NCBI GenBank assembly: GCA_024400815.1
Contig: JAKSMD010000004.1
Coordinates: forward strand, 1 to 63,430
Reading direction: 5' to 3'
Length of the DNA stretch: 63,430 nucleotides
Source of the DNA: Bacteroidales bacterium
GTDB lineage: Bacteria > Bacteroidota > Bacteroidia > Bacteroidales > WCHB1-69
Shown: piece after piece, positions 46,859 to 57,102 of the stretch
Layout: every line of letters begins with the position of its first letter
How positions within the stretch are numbered: the first letter of the stretch is position 1
The notes under the pieces: generated by a model
The model's database searches: none
Told to the model about the DNA's origin: nothing
What the model saw: the letters and a program-made list of their open reading frames with translations, nothing else
Program-made: the position numbers and the translations under genes

Positions 46859-48663
46859 TGTCTGCTTTTGAAAAGAAACGGTATTATGTTGTATTGGTAC
46901 TCCTAGGGGTATTAACTCTGGTGTACTTGGTGCATCTTTTTAATATCCAGATTCTGAATAAAAGCTACAAACAAAAGGCCGATCAGAACGCGTTGCGTTA
47001 TATTACGGAGCATCCTGCCCGTGGTCTGATATACGATAGAAACGATTCCTTGCTGGTGTATAACGATGCGGCTTGCGATTTGATGGTGGTTCCCAACGAA
47101 TTGCGCCCGTTTGATACGGCGGAATTGTGCAAAGTGCTGGACATCACCAAAGAAGATGTGGAGAAGAAAATTGAGAAGGCCACTAAGTACTCTAAAATTC
47201 TGCCTTCCCTATTTGAACAGCAGATTTCTAAAGAAGACTATGGCTATTTGCAGGAAAAAATGTACGAGTTTCCCGGATTTTTCGTCCAAAACCGTACTTT
47301 GCGCTCCTATCCGAATCCCATTGCCGCCCATATTTTAGGATATGTGAGCGAAGTGGGAGAGGAAGAAATTGAGAATGACCCTTACTATAAAATGGGCGAC
47401 TATATTGGCAAGAGCGGTATCGAAAAGGCATACGAATCCGTGCTCCGGGGCAAGAAAGGCAAGCGTGTGGTTTTGGTGGATGTGCATAACCGCGAAATGG
47501 GCAGTTACGACAACGGCGCCGAAGATGAGGTTGCCGTGCCCGGCACGTCCATCTGGTGTACTTTGGATATGCAGCTCCAACGCTATGGCGAGGAACTGAT
47601 GGCCAATAAGCGCGGCAGTATCGTTGCTATTGAACCCAAAACAGGCGAAATCCTCTGTATCATCTCCAGTCCGAGTTACGATCCGAACCTGCTGGTCGGC
47701 AAGGCCCGCCCTAAGAACTACTGCGATTTGTTGGAAGATCCTAAAAAACCGCTCTTCAATCGCGCATTGATGGCCAGCTATCCGCCAGGTTCTACCTTCA
47801 AATTGGCAAACGGTCTGATTGGCCTCCAAGAGGGCATTATTTCGGCCGGAACAGTCTATTCCTGCTCCGGCGGCGGTTATCACATCGGCAGCCATGTGGT
47901 ACATTGCCACAACTGCGGCGGATTGAATATCTATTCCGCTATCCAGCGCTCTTGTAATACCTATTTCTGCCGCTTGTATTACAATATTTTATCCAATAGA
48001 AAAAAATACAAGACAGTACAAGATGCTTACAATGCATGGTTGGACTACATGCATTCGATGGGCTTTGCCCAAAAATATGAAACCGACCTTCCGTATGAAT
48101 TGAAGGGTAGCATCCCTTCTGCTGAATATTTTGATAAGAAATACAATGGCCATTGGAACGGAAACACCGTGGTGTCTATGGGTATTGGACAAGGTGAGGC
48201 CGCCGTGACGCCTTTGCAGATGGCGAACATGCTGGCTGTTATTGCCAACAGAGGATACTACATCAAACCGCATGTGGTCAAAGCCATCGGCTCGAAGGAT
48301 AACCGAAATACGGAATATGATGAAAAAATATACTCCAAAATCGACAAGCGCCATTTTGAGACGGTGCTGCAAGGTATGCGCCAAGTAGTCACGTCAGGTA
48401 CGGGTCGAGGAGCCAAAATAGATGGGATTGAAGTGGCAGGTAAGACGGGTACGGCACAGAATCCGCATGGTCGCGACCATTCTGTATTTGCATTGATTGC
48501 GCCAGTGAACAATCCCCAAATTGTGATCTTCTGCCTCGTGGAAAACGCCGGCTTCGGTGCCACGGTGGCTTGCCCTATCGCCAGTTTGATGGCCGAATAC
48601 TACATCAATAGAGAAGTCAAACGCACAGATTTGGAAAAGAACATTAAAGAGATGAGGTTCTAA
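46858..48663 (+). CDS. mrdA: Penicillin-binding protein 2
   Basis: N-terminal TM, RGLIYDRN, GKSGIE, PGSTFK (SxxK), SCN (SxN), KTGTAQ. Confidence 0.95.
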   Translation: MSAFEKKRYYVVLVLLGVLTLVYLVHLFNIQILNKSYKQKADQNALRYITEHPARGLIYDRNDSLLVYNDAACDLMVVPNELRPFDTAELCKVLDITKEDVEKKIEKATKYSKILPSLFEQQISKEDYGYLQEKMYEFPGFFVQNRTLRSYPNPIAAHILGYVSEVGEEEIENDPYYKMGDYIGKSGIEKAYESVLRGKKGKRVVLVDVHNREMGSYDNGAEDEVAVPGTSIWCTLDMQLQRYGEELMANKRGSIVAIEPKTGEILCIISSPSYDPNLLVGKARPKNYCDLLEDPKKPLFNRALMASYPPGSTFKLANGLIGLQEGIISAGTVYSCSGGGYHIGSHVVHCHNCGGLNIYSAIQRSCNTYFCRLYYNILSNRKKYKTVQDAYNAWLDYMHSMGFAQKYETDLPYELKGSIPSAEYFDKKYNGHWNGNTVVSMGIGQGEAAVTPLQMANMLAVIANRGYYIKPHVVKAIGSKDNRNTEYDEKIYSKIDKRHFETVLQGMRQVVTSGTGRGAKIDGIEVAGKTGTAQNPHGRDHSVFALIAPVNNPQIVIFCLVENAGFGATVACPIASLMAEYYINREVKRTDLEKNIKEMRF

Positions 48664-48664
48664 T

Positions 48665-49918
48665 ATGTATTCGGATAGCATAAAACGGAATTCCAAGGGC
48701 TTTGACGCACGCCTGATTGTCTATTACCTTGCATTGGTGGTGATTGGCTGGATAACAATCTATTCAACCTGCTATCTGCCAGATGCGAAGATGGCCTTCT
48801 TTGATTTTTCGCAACCCTATGGCAAACAGCTGATATGGATTGGCACTTCCCTTTTGATAGCGGTTGCCATCCTGCTGATAGATAATAAAATACTACAGCA
48901 TTACGCCTATTACTTTTATATAGTCTGCTTGCTACTCATGGTCTTGGTGCTATTTATCGGAACGGAAATCTCCGGTGCCAAGGCCTGGATTAAGATAGGA
49001 GAGTTCAGCATACAGCCTACAGAATTTATGAAGGTGGCCACGGCTTTGGCCTTGGCAAAGTTCTTCAATGAAGGCAAAACTTCAGGTGAGAAAAAATATA
49101 TCTGGCTGATTGCCATCGGCATGATTCTGGTCCCCGTGCTGATTATTATGCTCCAACACGATGCCGGCTCCGCTTTGGTGTTTGCCTCCTTCTTTATCCT
49201 TTTCTATCGGGAAGGTATGAGCGCGGAATTCCTCTTCTTCTGCCTGATTGCCGCCTTCTTGGCTATCTTCACGCTGAAGTTCAATGAAACCTACGCCGTG
49301 GCGTTGCTGACGGTGGTCTTTTTGATTCTTTTCATCAAAGATAGAACGCAAAAGAAAAAGGCCAGACGCGATATCATCCTTTATGTGGTGAGCATTGTGT
49401 TTGTCTTTTCCGTAAACATTTTGTATGAAAATGTCTTTGAACCTCACCAGAAGGAGCGTATTGATACGATTATGGGTAAGACCTCTGACCCTAAGGGCGC
49501 GGATTTCAACTTGAACCAATCTAAAATCGCAATCGGCTCCGGCGGCTTTTTCGGCAAAGGCTATCTTAAAGGAACCCAAACAAAGCTGAAATTTGTCCCG
49601 GAACAGAGTACGGACTTCATCTTCTGCGCTATTGGCGAAGAGTGGGGCTTCATGGGCACTTTGGTGGTCTTTGCGCTCTATATCGCTTTGGTTGTTCGAA
49701 TATTGTCGCTGTCCGAAAAACAGCGAACCCCCTTCGCCCGCTATTATGGATACGGCATTGCGGGCATTATCATTTTCCACTTTTTCATCAACATCGGTAT
49801 GACTTGCGGTCTGGTTCCCATTATTGGTATCCCATTGCCGTTTATCAGTTACGGTGGCTCCTCTCTTTGGGCTTTTACAACGATGCTGTTTATATTTATT
49901 AAATTGAATGATAATTAG
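48665..49918 (+). CDS. rodA: Rod shape-determining SEDS protein
   Basis: IQPTEFMK, QSKIAIGSGG, VPEQSTDFIF, GIPLPFISYGGSS; follows mrdA. Confidence 0.95.
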   Translation: MYSDSIKRNSKGFDARLIVYYLALVVIGWITIYSTCYLPDAKMAFFDFSQPYGKQLIWIGTSLLIAVAILLIDNKILQHYAYYFYIVCLLLMVLVLFIGTEISGAKAWIKIGEFSIQPTEFMKVATALALAKFFNEGKTSGEKKYIWLIAIGMILVPVLIIMLQHDAGSALVFASFFILFYREGMSAEFLFFCLIAAFLAIFTLKFNETYAVALLTVVFLILFIKDRTQKKKARRDIILYVVSIVFVFSVNILYENVFEPHQKERIDTIMGKTSDPKGADFNLNQSKIAIGSGGFFGKGYLKGTQTKLKFVPEQSTDFIFCAIGEEWGFMGTLVVFALYIALVVRILSLSEKQRTPFARYYGYGIAGIIIFHFFINIGMTCGLVPIIGIPLPFISYGGSSLWAFTTMLFIFIKLNDN

Positions 49919-49924
49919 TTGGCT

Positions 49925-51040
49925 ATGAAAAAAATATTATTGTTTATGGTTCTGCTGGCGTTAACCATGATGTTGCCAGCGCAAACAGAGAAAACGGTTC
50001 TCTTTCTGGTGCCTTTTTATTCGAATCAGTATGAAACCCAGAATTTGTCTTCTATTCAAGAAGATGCTGATATGTATCAGGTCAATGCTTTCCAGCTGAT
50101 GGGATTCTGGGCTGGTGCCCAAATTGCATTGGATGAATACGCTGCCCAAGGCACCCTGCTGAAAATTATCGTAAAAGATATTTCCGACAGCGAAGCCAAA
50201 TTGCGCTCTGTTCTGGAAAATCAATCTCTGATGAATGAGGTTGATTTGATTGTAGGCCCTTTCTTCAGCAAGCAATTTGCGATTGCATCAAAGTATGCTA
50301 AGGATTATAAAATCCCTATTGTCAATCCTTTTACTACCCGAACGGATATCTTGGAAAATAACGAGTATGTCTATAAACTGTTGCCATCGCTCGAATCAAG
50401 ACCGGCTACTATTTCCTTTATGGCAGATATGTATCCTAATCATCAAATTCTGATTTATGCCGATTCTACCAAAAAGACAAAAGAGTTCTTGGCCTATACT
50501 TCCTATTTTAAGAGCAAAAATATTTCCTATAAAATTGTTCCGTTTTCAGGCAACTTAGTGAATAATTTGAAAAGTGGTGCCCACAATATCATTGTTGTAT
50601 TGAGTGAAGACGAAGCGCGCGCCCACATGATTTCCAGAGATCTGGTTTACAAGGCCGACTTGAATAATATTACCTTCGTGGTGCCTGAAGCTTGGCTGGA
50701 CATGCCAACCTATGATGTGGAATATTATGCCAAACTGAATATTCATTTCTTCTCCGACTATTTTGTAGATAAATCTACCGAACAAACCAAGCTTTTTGTT
50801 CACAAATACACCGAAAAGTTCAATACGCCGCCTATGGTTAAGACTTTTGGCTTCCAAGGTTATGACGCCACTAAGTTTTTCGTAGAATTGGTGTTAAATG
50901 ATATGGACATAGATCGAGTTAAGTTTGTGCCGATGTCTTATCGATTCAGTTTTGACAAGGTGAATAATGGCGGTTACGAAAATGTAAATGTCCAATTCTT
51001 GGAGGTTAAAGAAAACATCGTGCAACCTGTAGGATTTTAA
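49925..51040 (+). CDS. Secreted type-I periplasmic-binding-protein-fold protein (LpoA-C / ABC substrate-binding-like)
   Basis: Signal peptide; VLFLVPF, FWAGAQIALD, DLIVGPFF, IPIVNPF, FQGYDATKFF. Confidence 0.65.
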   Translation: MKKILLFMVLLALTMMLPAQTEKTVLFLVPFYSNQYETQNLSSIQEDADMYQVNAFQLMGFWAGAQIALDEYAAQGTLLKIIVKDISDSEAKLRSVLENQSLMNEVDLIVGPFFSKQFAIASKYAKDYKIPIVNPFTTRTDILENNEYVYKLLPSLESRPATISFMADMYPNHQILIYADSTKKTKEFLAYTSYFKSKNISYKIVPFSGNLVNNLKSGAHNIIVVLSEDEARAHMISRDLVYKADLNNITFVVPEAWLDMPTYDVEYYAKLNIHFFSDYFVDKSTEQTKLFVHKYTEKFNTPPMVKTFGFQGYDATKFFVELVLNDMDIDRVKFVPMSYRFSFDKVNNGGYENVNVQFLEVKENIVQPVGF

Positions 51041-53541
51041 TGGAAAGAGAAACCTTTTTTGTGGATGTCCTGTTGCCATTGCCGCTGCCAGGATTGTTCA
51101 CCTATCGCGTGCCGCACGACTTGGCCGCGGAGGTGTCCTTCGGTATGCGCGTGATTGTGCCCTTTGGCCGCAGTCGCCTCTATGCTGCTTTGGTCATTAA
51201 GGTCCACCAGCAAGCCCCACAGCAGGTCAATACGAAGTATGTGCTGGACGTGGTGGACGACCGCCCTATCATTTCCGAGTGCCAATATCGTTTGTGGCAA
51301 TGGATTGCCGACTATTATATGTGCACCATCGGAGAGGTGATGGCCGTGTCTTTGCCCTCTGCGCTTAAATTGGCCAGCGAAACCAAAGTGAAATTGCATC
51401 CGGAGTTTTCGGGCGATATCTCCATCTTGAACGAGTATGAAATGGCCATTGTGGAGACGTTAGCCCATCGTGATACCCTCACCGTGGACGAGGTGTGCAA
51501 GATTGTGCATATTCAGAAAATCATTCCCATCATCAAATCCTTGGTCGATAAAAAGGTGGTGATTACGGATGAGGAGATTCGCAATCCGTACAAGGCCAAG
51601 CGGGAGACTGTGATTCGCTTAGCCGCGCCCTATGCTTCGGAAGTTCCTTTTATGGCGATGTTGGACCAGTTGAGCGCATCGTCAAAAACCGCGCAGCAAG
51701 CCGACTGTTTGCTTGCGTTTATGATGCTGACAAAAACCGATAAGGGTTATGATTTTACTGCAACGGTTCCGAAGAGCAAGCTGATGGAAGCCGAAGTGGT
51801 TACGCCTTCCAGATTACAGAGTTTGATGAAAAAAGAGATTCTCGTCTCGGAAGAGGTGATTATCTCTCGCCTGGTAGAGGCATCTTCTCGCGCGAAGGTT
51901 TCGGACATCCTGCTATCAGAAGCGCAACAAACGGCTTTTCGTCAAATACACGAACAATTTGAACAACATCCCGTTGTGCTGTTGCATGGAGTCACCGGCA
52001 GCGGCAAAACGGAAATCTATATTAAACTTATTGATGAGGTTCTATCCCAAGGGAAACAAGTGCTTTATCTTCTTCCAGAAATCGCTCTTACCTCTCAGAT
52101 TGTCAATCGATTGCGGACCTATTTCGGCGATAAAGTCGGGGTTTATCATTCCCGTTTTAACGAGTATGAACGGGTGGAAATCTGGAATCGTGTGCTGGCA
52201 CAAAATGCCGAAGAGGATTTTTCCAAGTACCAATTGATACTGGGGGCGCGTTCAGCATTGCTTTTGCCGTATCAGAACTTGGGACTCATCATTGTGGATG
52301 AAGAGCACGATGGTTCGTATAAGCAGCAAGATCCTGCGCCAAGATACCATGCGCGCGACTGTGCCGTTGTGCTTGCCAACATACATCAGGCCCAAACCTT
52401 GATGGGCACTGCTACCCCTTCCTTGGAAAGTTACTATAATGTGGAGCAGCATAAGTATGGTCTGGTGGAGCTGATGACGCGTTATGCCCATAGCCAACTG
52501 CCAGAAATATGGTCGGTGAATATGATTCAAGCCACGCGCCAGCATCAAATACAGGGTGTCTTTTCACAATTTTTAATTGATAAAATTGGCGAAGCCTTGT
52601 CGAAAAAAGAGCAGGTCATCCTCTTTCAAAATCGACGCGGCTATGCGGTGCGGATGATTTGCAATTCATGCGAGACCATGCCCACTTGTAAATATTGTGA
52701 TGTGACTTTGACTTATCACAAGCGCACCAACTTGTTGAAATGCCACTATTGCGGCTATGCGATAGAGGTGCCTCACGAATGTCCGACTTGCCATAGCACA
52801 GACATTGCCATGAAGGGTTTTGGCACCGAAAAGGTGGAAGATATGCTGGCATAAATTTTTCCAGAAGCCAAAATTGCCTGAATGGACTTGGATACTACGC
52901 GCTCAAAGAATGCCTATCAGCAGATTATCACCGATTTTGAGCAGCATAAAACAGATATTTTGGTGGGCACTCAGATGGTCACCAAGGGCTTGGATTTCGA
53001 TAGGGTGAGTGTGGTGGGCATTCTGAATGCAGATGCTTTACTATCATTTCCTGATTTTCGAGCGTTTGAAAAAGCGTATCAGCTTTTGGCGCAAGTGAGT
53101 GGGCGTGCGGGCCGCAAAGAGGTGCCCGGCAAGGTGGTTATTCAAACCTACCAGCCGCGCCATCCGGCATTGAAATATGTGGAATCCAATGACTTTTCCG
53201 CCATGTATCAATCTCAGATGGCGGAACGCCGAGATTTCCACTATCCTCCTGTGGCACGACTGATAAAAATTACCCTGAAACATGCCGACGAGCAAGTGGT
53301 GAATAAGGCCGCCGACGCATTGGCACTGCCGCTGCGTCAGACATTCTCCGGAAAAGTGCTTGGCCCCGAGTTCCCATTGGTTTCTAGAATACAGAACTAT
53401 TATATCAAGGACTTCTGGCTTAAACTGCCTAAAGATAACACTTTGGCTCAGCATAAAAGGCAACTGCAGCAAATCCTTCGAGATTTTCAAAGTATTCCGC
53501 AATTCAAAGCCGTGCGTTGTGTGATAAATGTGGATGCGTAA
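51040..53541 (+). pseudogene. priA: Primosomal protein N' interrupted by two in-frame stops (TAA 52852-52854, TGA 52879-52881)
   Basis: GVTGSGKT, DEEH, TATPS, four CxxC pairs, GFGTEKVEDMLA*IFPEAKIA*MDLDTTR, GTQMVTKGLDF, QVSGRAGR; 833 codons if both stops are read through. Confidence 0.9.
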
Positions 53542-53605
53542 ATTTGGAAACGCACGCCGCTTGTACTATTTTTTGTATTTTTGCCCGCTCATAAAATTTT
53601 TGCAC

Positions 53606-54898
53606 ATGAAAGAAGAATCTACAGAAAACATCCAAAAAGCCATTGATATCTTAACCAAACAATCGGACAGCAAATTGCTCACCCACTTGAATGCGTGTGT
53701 TCATTGTGGTCTTTGCGAAACGAGTTGTTTGTTTTTCAAGACTTTTAAGGAACCGAAATATATTCCTGGCAAAAAAGTGGATATGGTCTCTTCCATCTAT
53801 CGTCGCTATTGCACCTTTTTAGGCAAGACGGCTCCGAAGTTGACCCACGCTCGCGAGTTGAATGAAGAAACGATTAGCGAAATGGTGGATTCCCTTTTCG
53901 GTGCATGTACGATGTGCGGCCGTTGCGTGAAGCATTGTTCTATTGGGGTGGATATTCCGTTTGTGGTACGCACGGGCCGCCGCATGCTTGCAACGATGGG
54001 CTATGTGCCGCAAACATTGCAAGCCACGGTGGATGCCGCTATCAACACGGGCAATAATATGGGCATCCCTACGGAAGATTTTGTGGATACGATTGAATGG
54101 ATGGAAGAAGATCTGCAAGATGAACTTGGAGAAGATGCTAAAATCCCACTCAACAAAGACAACTCTGACATTTTATACACGCTCAATCCGCGCGAACCCA
54201 AGTTCTTCCCGCTGTCTATTGCCGCTGCCGCTAAGATTTTCCATGTGGCTGGCGCCAATTGGACCCTCTCTACGGAAATGTACGATGTGACCAACTACGG
54301 CTATTTTTCTGGCAACGACCAAGAAGCCACCGCCATTGCAAAGCACATGTTTGATGAGGTTCACAAACTGCACTGCAACACCTTGGTACTTGGTGAGTGC
54401 GGTCATGGCTCCCGTGCCCTTCGCTGGGAAGCGCCCAACTATTTGAAAGCACATCCTGATTTCAAGATGATTCCCCTTATTGACTTGCTGGAAGATTATA
54501 TTAAAACTGGCAAGATTAAGGTTGACAAGAACCTTAACACGAAAAAATATACTATTCACGACCCTTGCAACATCGTGCGCAATGGCGGTTTGTACAACTC
54601 TTTAAGATATGTTGTGAAGCAGGTCGTTCCGGATTTGGTTGAAATGAAACCGACGGGCAGCGATAATTTCTGCTGTGGTGGCGGCGGCGGCATGCTCGCT
54701 ATGAGCGAATATAACGAAAGAAGACTCAAAGTTGGCGAAATTAAAGCCAATCAAATCAAAGAAACCGGCGCTAATGTCGTCATTACACCATGCCATAATT
54801 GCGCAGACCAGTTGACCCAAATCAATCATACTTATGGTTTGAATGTGGAAATCAAATCGTTAGCAGAAGTTGTGGCCGACGCTTTGGTTTTGGAATAA
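53606..54898 (+). CDS. Fe-S oxidoreductase, HdrD/DsrK/HmcF-like (2x[4Fe-4S] plus CCG domain)
   Basis: CVHCGLCETSC, CTMCGRCVKHC, ECGH, HDPC, FCCGGGGG, PCHNC. Confidence 0.85.
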   Translation: MKEESTENIQKAIDILTKQSDSKLLTHLNACVHCGLCETSCLFFKTFKEPKYIPGKKVDMVSSIYRRYCTFLGKTAPKLTHARELNEETISEMVDSLFGACTMCGRCVKHCSIGVDIPFVVRTGRRMLATMGYVPQTLQATVDAAINTGNNMGIPTEDFVDTIEWMEEDLQDELGEDAKIPLNKDNSDILYTLNPREPKFFPLSIAAAAKIFHVAGANWTLSTEMYDVTNYGYFSGNDQEATAIAKHMFDEVHKLHCNTLVLGECGHGSRALRWEAPNYLKAHPDFKMIPLIDLLEDYIKTGKIKVDKNLNTKKYTIHDPCNIVRNGGLYNSLRYVVKQVVPDLVEMKPTGSDNFCCGGGGGMLAMSEYNERRLKVGEIKANQIKETGANVVITPCHNCADQLTQINHTYGLNVEIKSLAEVVADALVLE

Positions 54899-55002
54899 AC
54901 TGTTCTATAAACAATGAATGTTTAATTTTTTTTCCCGCTCTATGTGAAGAAAAAAATATATCTTTGCCGCGAAAAAAATTTATTAACCAAAATTCTATAG
55001 TT

Positions 55003-55701
55003 ATGAAAAAAATCTTTACACTTGTAATGGCAATTTTTGCTGTTGTTGCAATGAATGCACAAAATGCTAAAATCGTTCTCGAAGCTTATGACGTTTGGGG
55101 CGATGGCACTGGTTATCAACTCCTCATCGATGCTGACAATGCAGGTTGGGATGATACCCGTGGCCCTGATTGCGGTTCAACCTATTCTGGTTGGGAATAT
55201 GTAATTCCTGCTGGCGCTACTATGGCTGCTGATGGTGAACCTTATTGCGTTGTTGATGGCGCTGAAATGATTATGATTCCTGCTGGTACTTATTCTTACC
55301 TTATCCTTAATCCAGGTTGTAATGATTATGCTGCTAATTACATCGCTGCTGGTACTACTTGCGATGAAACCAACACAAGCTACACTTTCGAAGCTAACAA
55401 AACTTACACATTCACCCTTACTTTGTCTGCATCTGGTAACGACTGTACTACTCTCACCGTTACTGATGGTATTGTTGGCGTAGAAGAAGTTGCTGCTGAA
55501 CAAGCTCGCATTTATCCTAACCCTGCTACTGACGTTCTCAATGTAGAAGGTAATGGTAACATCGAAATTTCCAACATCCTTGGTCAAGTTGTTATGACTG
55601 ACTTCGTTGAAGGTCATACTCAACTCAATGTTGCTAATTTGAACAATGGCGTTTACTTCGTACGCGTTAATGGTCAATCAATGAAATTCGTCAAAAGATA
55701 A
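55003..55701 (+). CDS. Small T9SS cargo protein: DUF2436-like domain plus type-A CTD
   Basis: Signal peptide; IVLEAYDVWGDGTGYQLLIDAD, IPAGTYSY..NP, FEANKTYTF; CTD IYPNPATD..NGVYFV..KFVKR. Confidence 0.8.
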   Translation: MKKIFTLVMAIFAVVAMNAQNAKIVLEAYDVWGDGTGYQLLIDADNAGWDDTRGPDCGSTYSGWEYVIPAGATMAADGEPYCVVDGAEMIMIPAGTYSYLILNPGCNDYAANYIAAGTTCDETNTSYTFEANKTYTFTLTLSASGNDCTTLTVTDGIVGVEEVAAEQARIYPNPATDVLNVEGNGNIEISNILGQVVMTDFVEGHTQLNVANLNNGVYFVRVNGQSMKFVKR

Positions 55702-55726
55702 TTTTTGATTGATTTAATTCTATAGA

Positions 55727-55759
55727 AAACGGTGCCTTTTAGAGGCGCCGTTTTTTTTT
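55727..55759 (+). terminator. Rho-independent terminator
   Basis: AAAACGGTGCCT-TTTAG-AGGCGCCGTTTTTTTTT. Confidence 0.85.
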
Positions 55760-55773
55760 GTACTTTTGCGACC

Positions 55774-57084
55774 ATGAAAAAATTATACATAGAGACATAC
55801 GGCTGCCAGATGAATTTCGCAGATAGCGAAGTGGTGGCGGCTATTTTACAAGATTTATATGAGCTAACCCAGAATGTTCAGGAAGCCGATCTGATCCTAA
55901 TAAACACCTGTTCCATTCGTGACAAGGCAGAACAACGTATTCATAAGCGCTTGCACGAATTGGAAGCCCTCAAGAAAAAACATCGCACCCTGCAAGTTGG
56001 ACTGCTCGGCTGCATGGCAGAGCGTATGAAAGAGGAACTGTTCGAAACGGAACCCATCCTCAATTTCATTGCAGGTCCAGATGCCTATCGGGATCTTCCT
56101 AAACTGATTCAGGATTCTGTACAAGGTGAACCTACATTCAATGTGCTCCTGTCGGAAGAGGAAACCTATGACAATATCATGCCGGTGCGCTATGACCTGA
56201 ACGGAGTTTCCGCCTTTGTCTCCATCATGCGCGGATGCAACAACTTCTGCACCTATTGCGTGGTTCCTTATACACGGGGTCGCGAACGCAGCCGCAGTCC
56301 TAAAACCATCTTAATGGAAGTGGAACAGCTCCTGAAAGAGGGCTATAAAGAGGTTACTCTATTGGGACAAAATGTAAACTCCTATTGCTGGGAGGAGAAT
56401 GGCGAGAAGATGACTTTTGCCAAGCTGATGGCTGCCGTGGCAGAGATGTCTCCCGGACTGCGCGTCCGCTTTGCCACTTCTCACCCGAAGGATATCTCTG
56501 ACGAGTTGCTGGAAACAATTGCCAAATATGACAATATCTGCAAGTATATTCATCTGCCAGTTCAGTCTGGTAGCAATGTGATGCTGAAACGCATGAACCG
56601 CGTCTATACACGAGAATATTATTTGGAAAGGGTACGCAAAATCAAGGAATTGATGCCGGATTGCGCCATTTCTACCGATATCATAGCTGGTTTCTGTGGT
56701 GAAACTTTGGAGGACCATCAGCAGACGCTTTCCATCATGCGCGAGGTTGGCTATGAATATGCCTATATGTTCAAATACTCCGAGCGTGGCGGCACGATGT
56801 CCGCAAAGCGTTTTGAGGATGACATTCCCGATGAGGAAAAAACGCGCCGCTTGGAAGAAATTATCGCCCTGCAAGGTGAACTCTCCTTTGCCAGCAACCA
56901 ACGCGATGTGGGTAAGACTTTCCGCGTGCTGATAGAGGGCCAGTCCAAACGCTCCGCCGACCAACTTTATGGCCGTAATAGTCAAAACAAAGTGATTATC
57001 TTCCCGAAGGGAAATCATCAAATTGGCGAATATATTGATGTTACTGTAACACGCTGCACGGCGGCTACGCTGTTTGCAGATTAA
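55774..57084 (+). CDS. miaB: tRNA-i6A37 methylthiotransferase
   Basis: ETYGCQMN, NTCSIR, GCMAER, radical SAM motif CNNFCTYC, C-terminal TRAM domain. Confidence 0.97.
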   Translation: MKKLYIETYGCQMNFADSEVVAAILQDLYELTQNVQEADLILINTCSIRDKAEQRIHKRLHELEALKKKHRTLQVGLLGCMAERMKEELFETEPILNFIAGPDAYRDLPKLIQDSVQGEPTFNVLLSEEETYDNIMPVRYDLNGVSAFVSIMRGCNNFCTYCVVPYTRGRERSRSPKTILMEVEQLLKEGYKEVTLLGQNVNSYCWEENGEKMTFAKLMAAVAEMSPGLRVRFATSHPKDISDELLETIAKYDNICKYIHLPVQSGSNVMLKRMNRVYTREYYLERVRKIKELMPDCAISTDIIAGFCGETLEDHQQTLSIMREVGYEYAYMFKYSERGGTMSAKRFEDDIPDEEKTRRLEEIIALQGELSFASNQRDVGKTFRVLIEGQSKRSADQLYGRNSQNKVIIFPKGNHQIGEYIDVTVTRCTAATLFAD

Positions 57085-57102
57085 TAAAAAGCGTAAAATA
57101 AA

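Noticed and set aside
52852-52881. Genome-wide stop-codon reassignment as the explanation for the in-frame stops
   Set aside because: TAA, TAG and TGA all end genes at their expected C-termini here (ssb TAA, yggS TAG, polA TGA), and the other long genes contain no internal stops.
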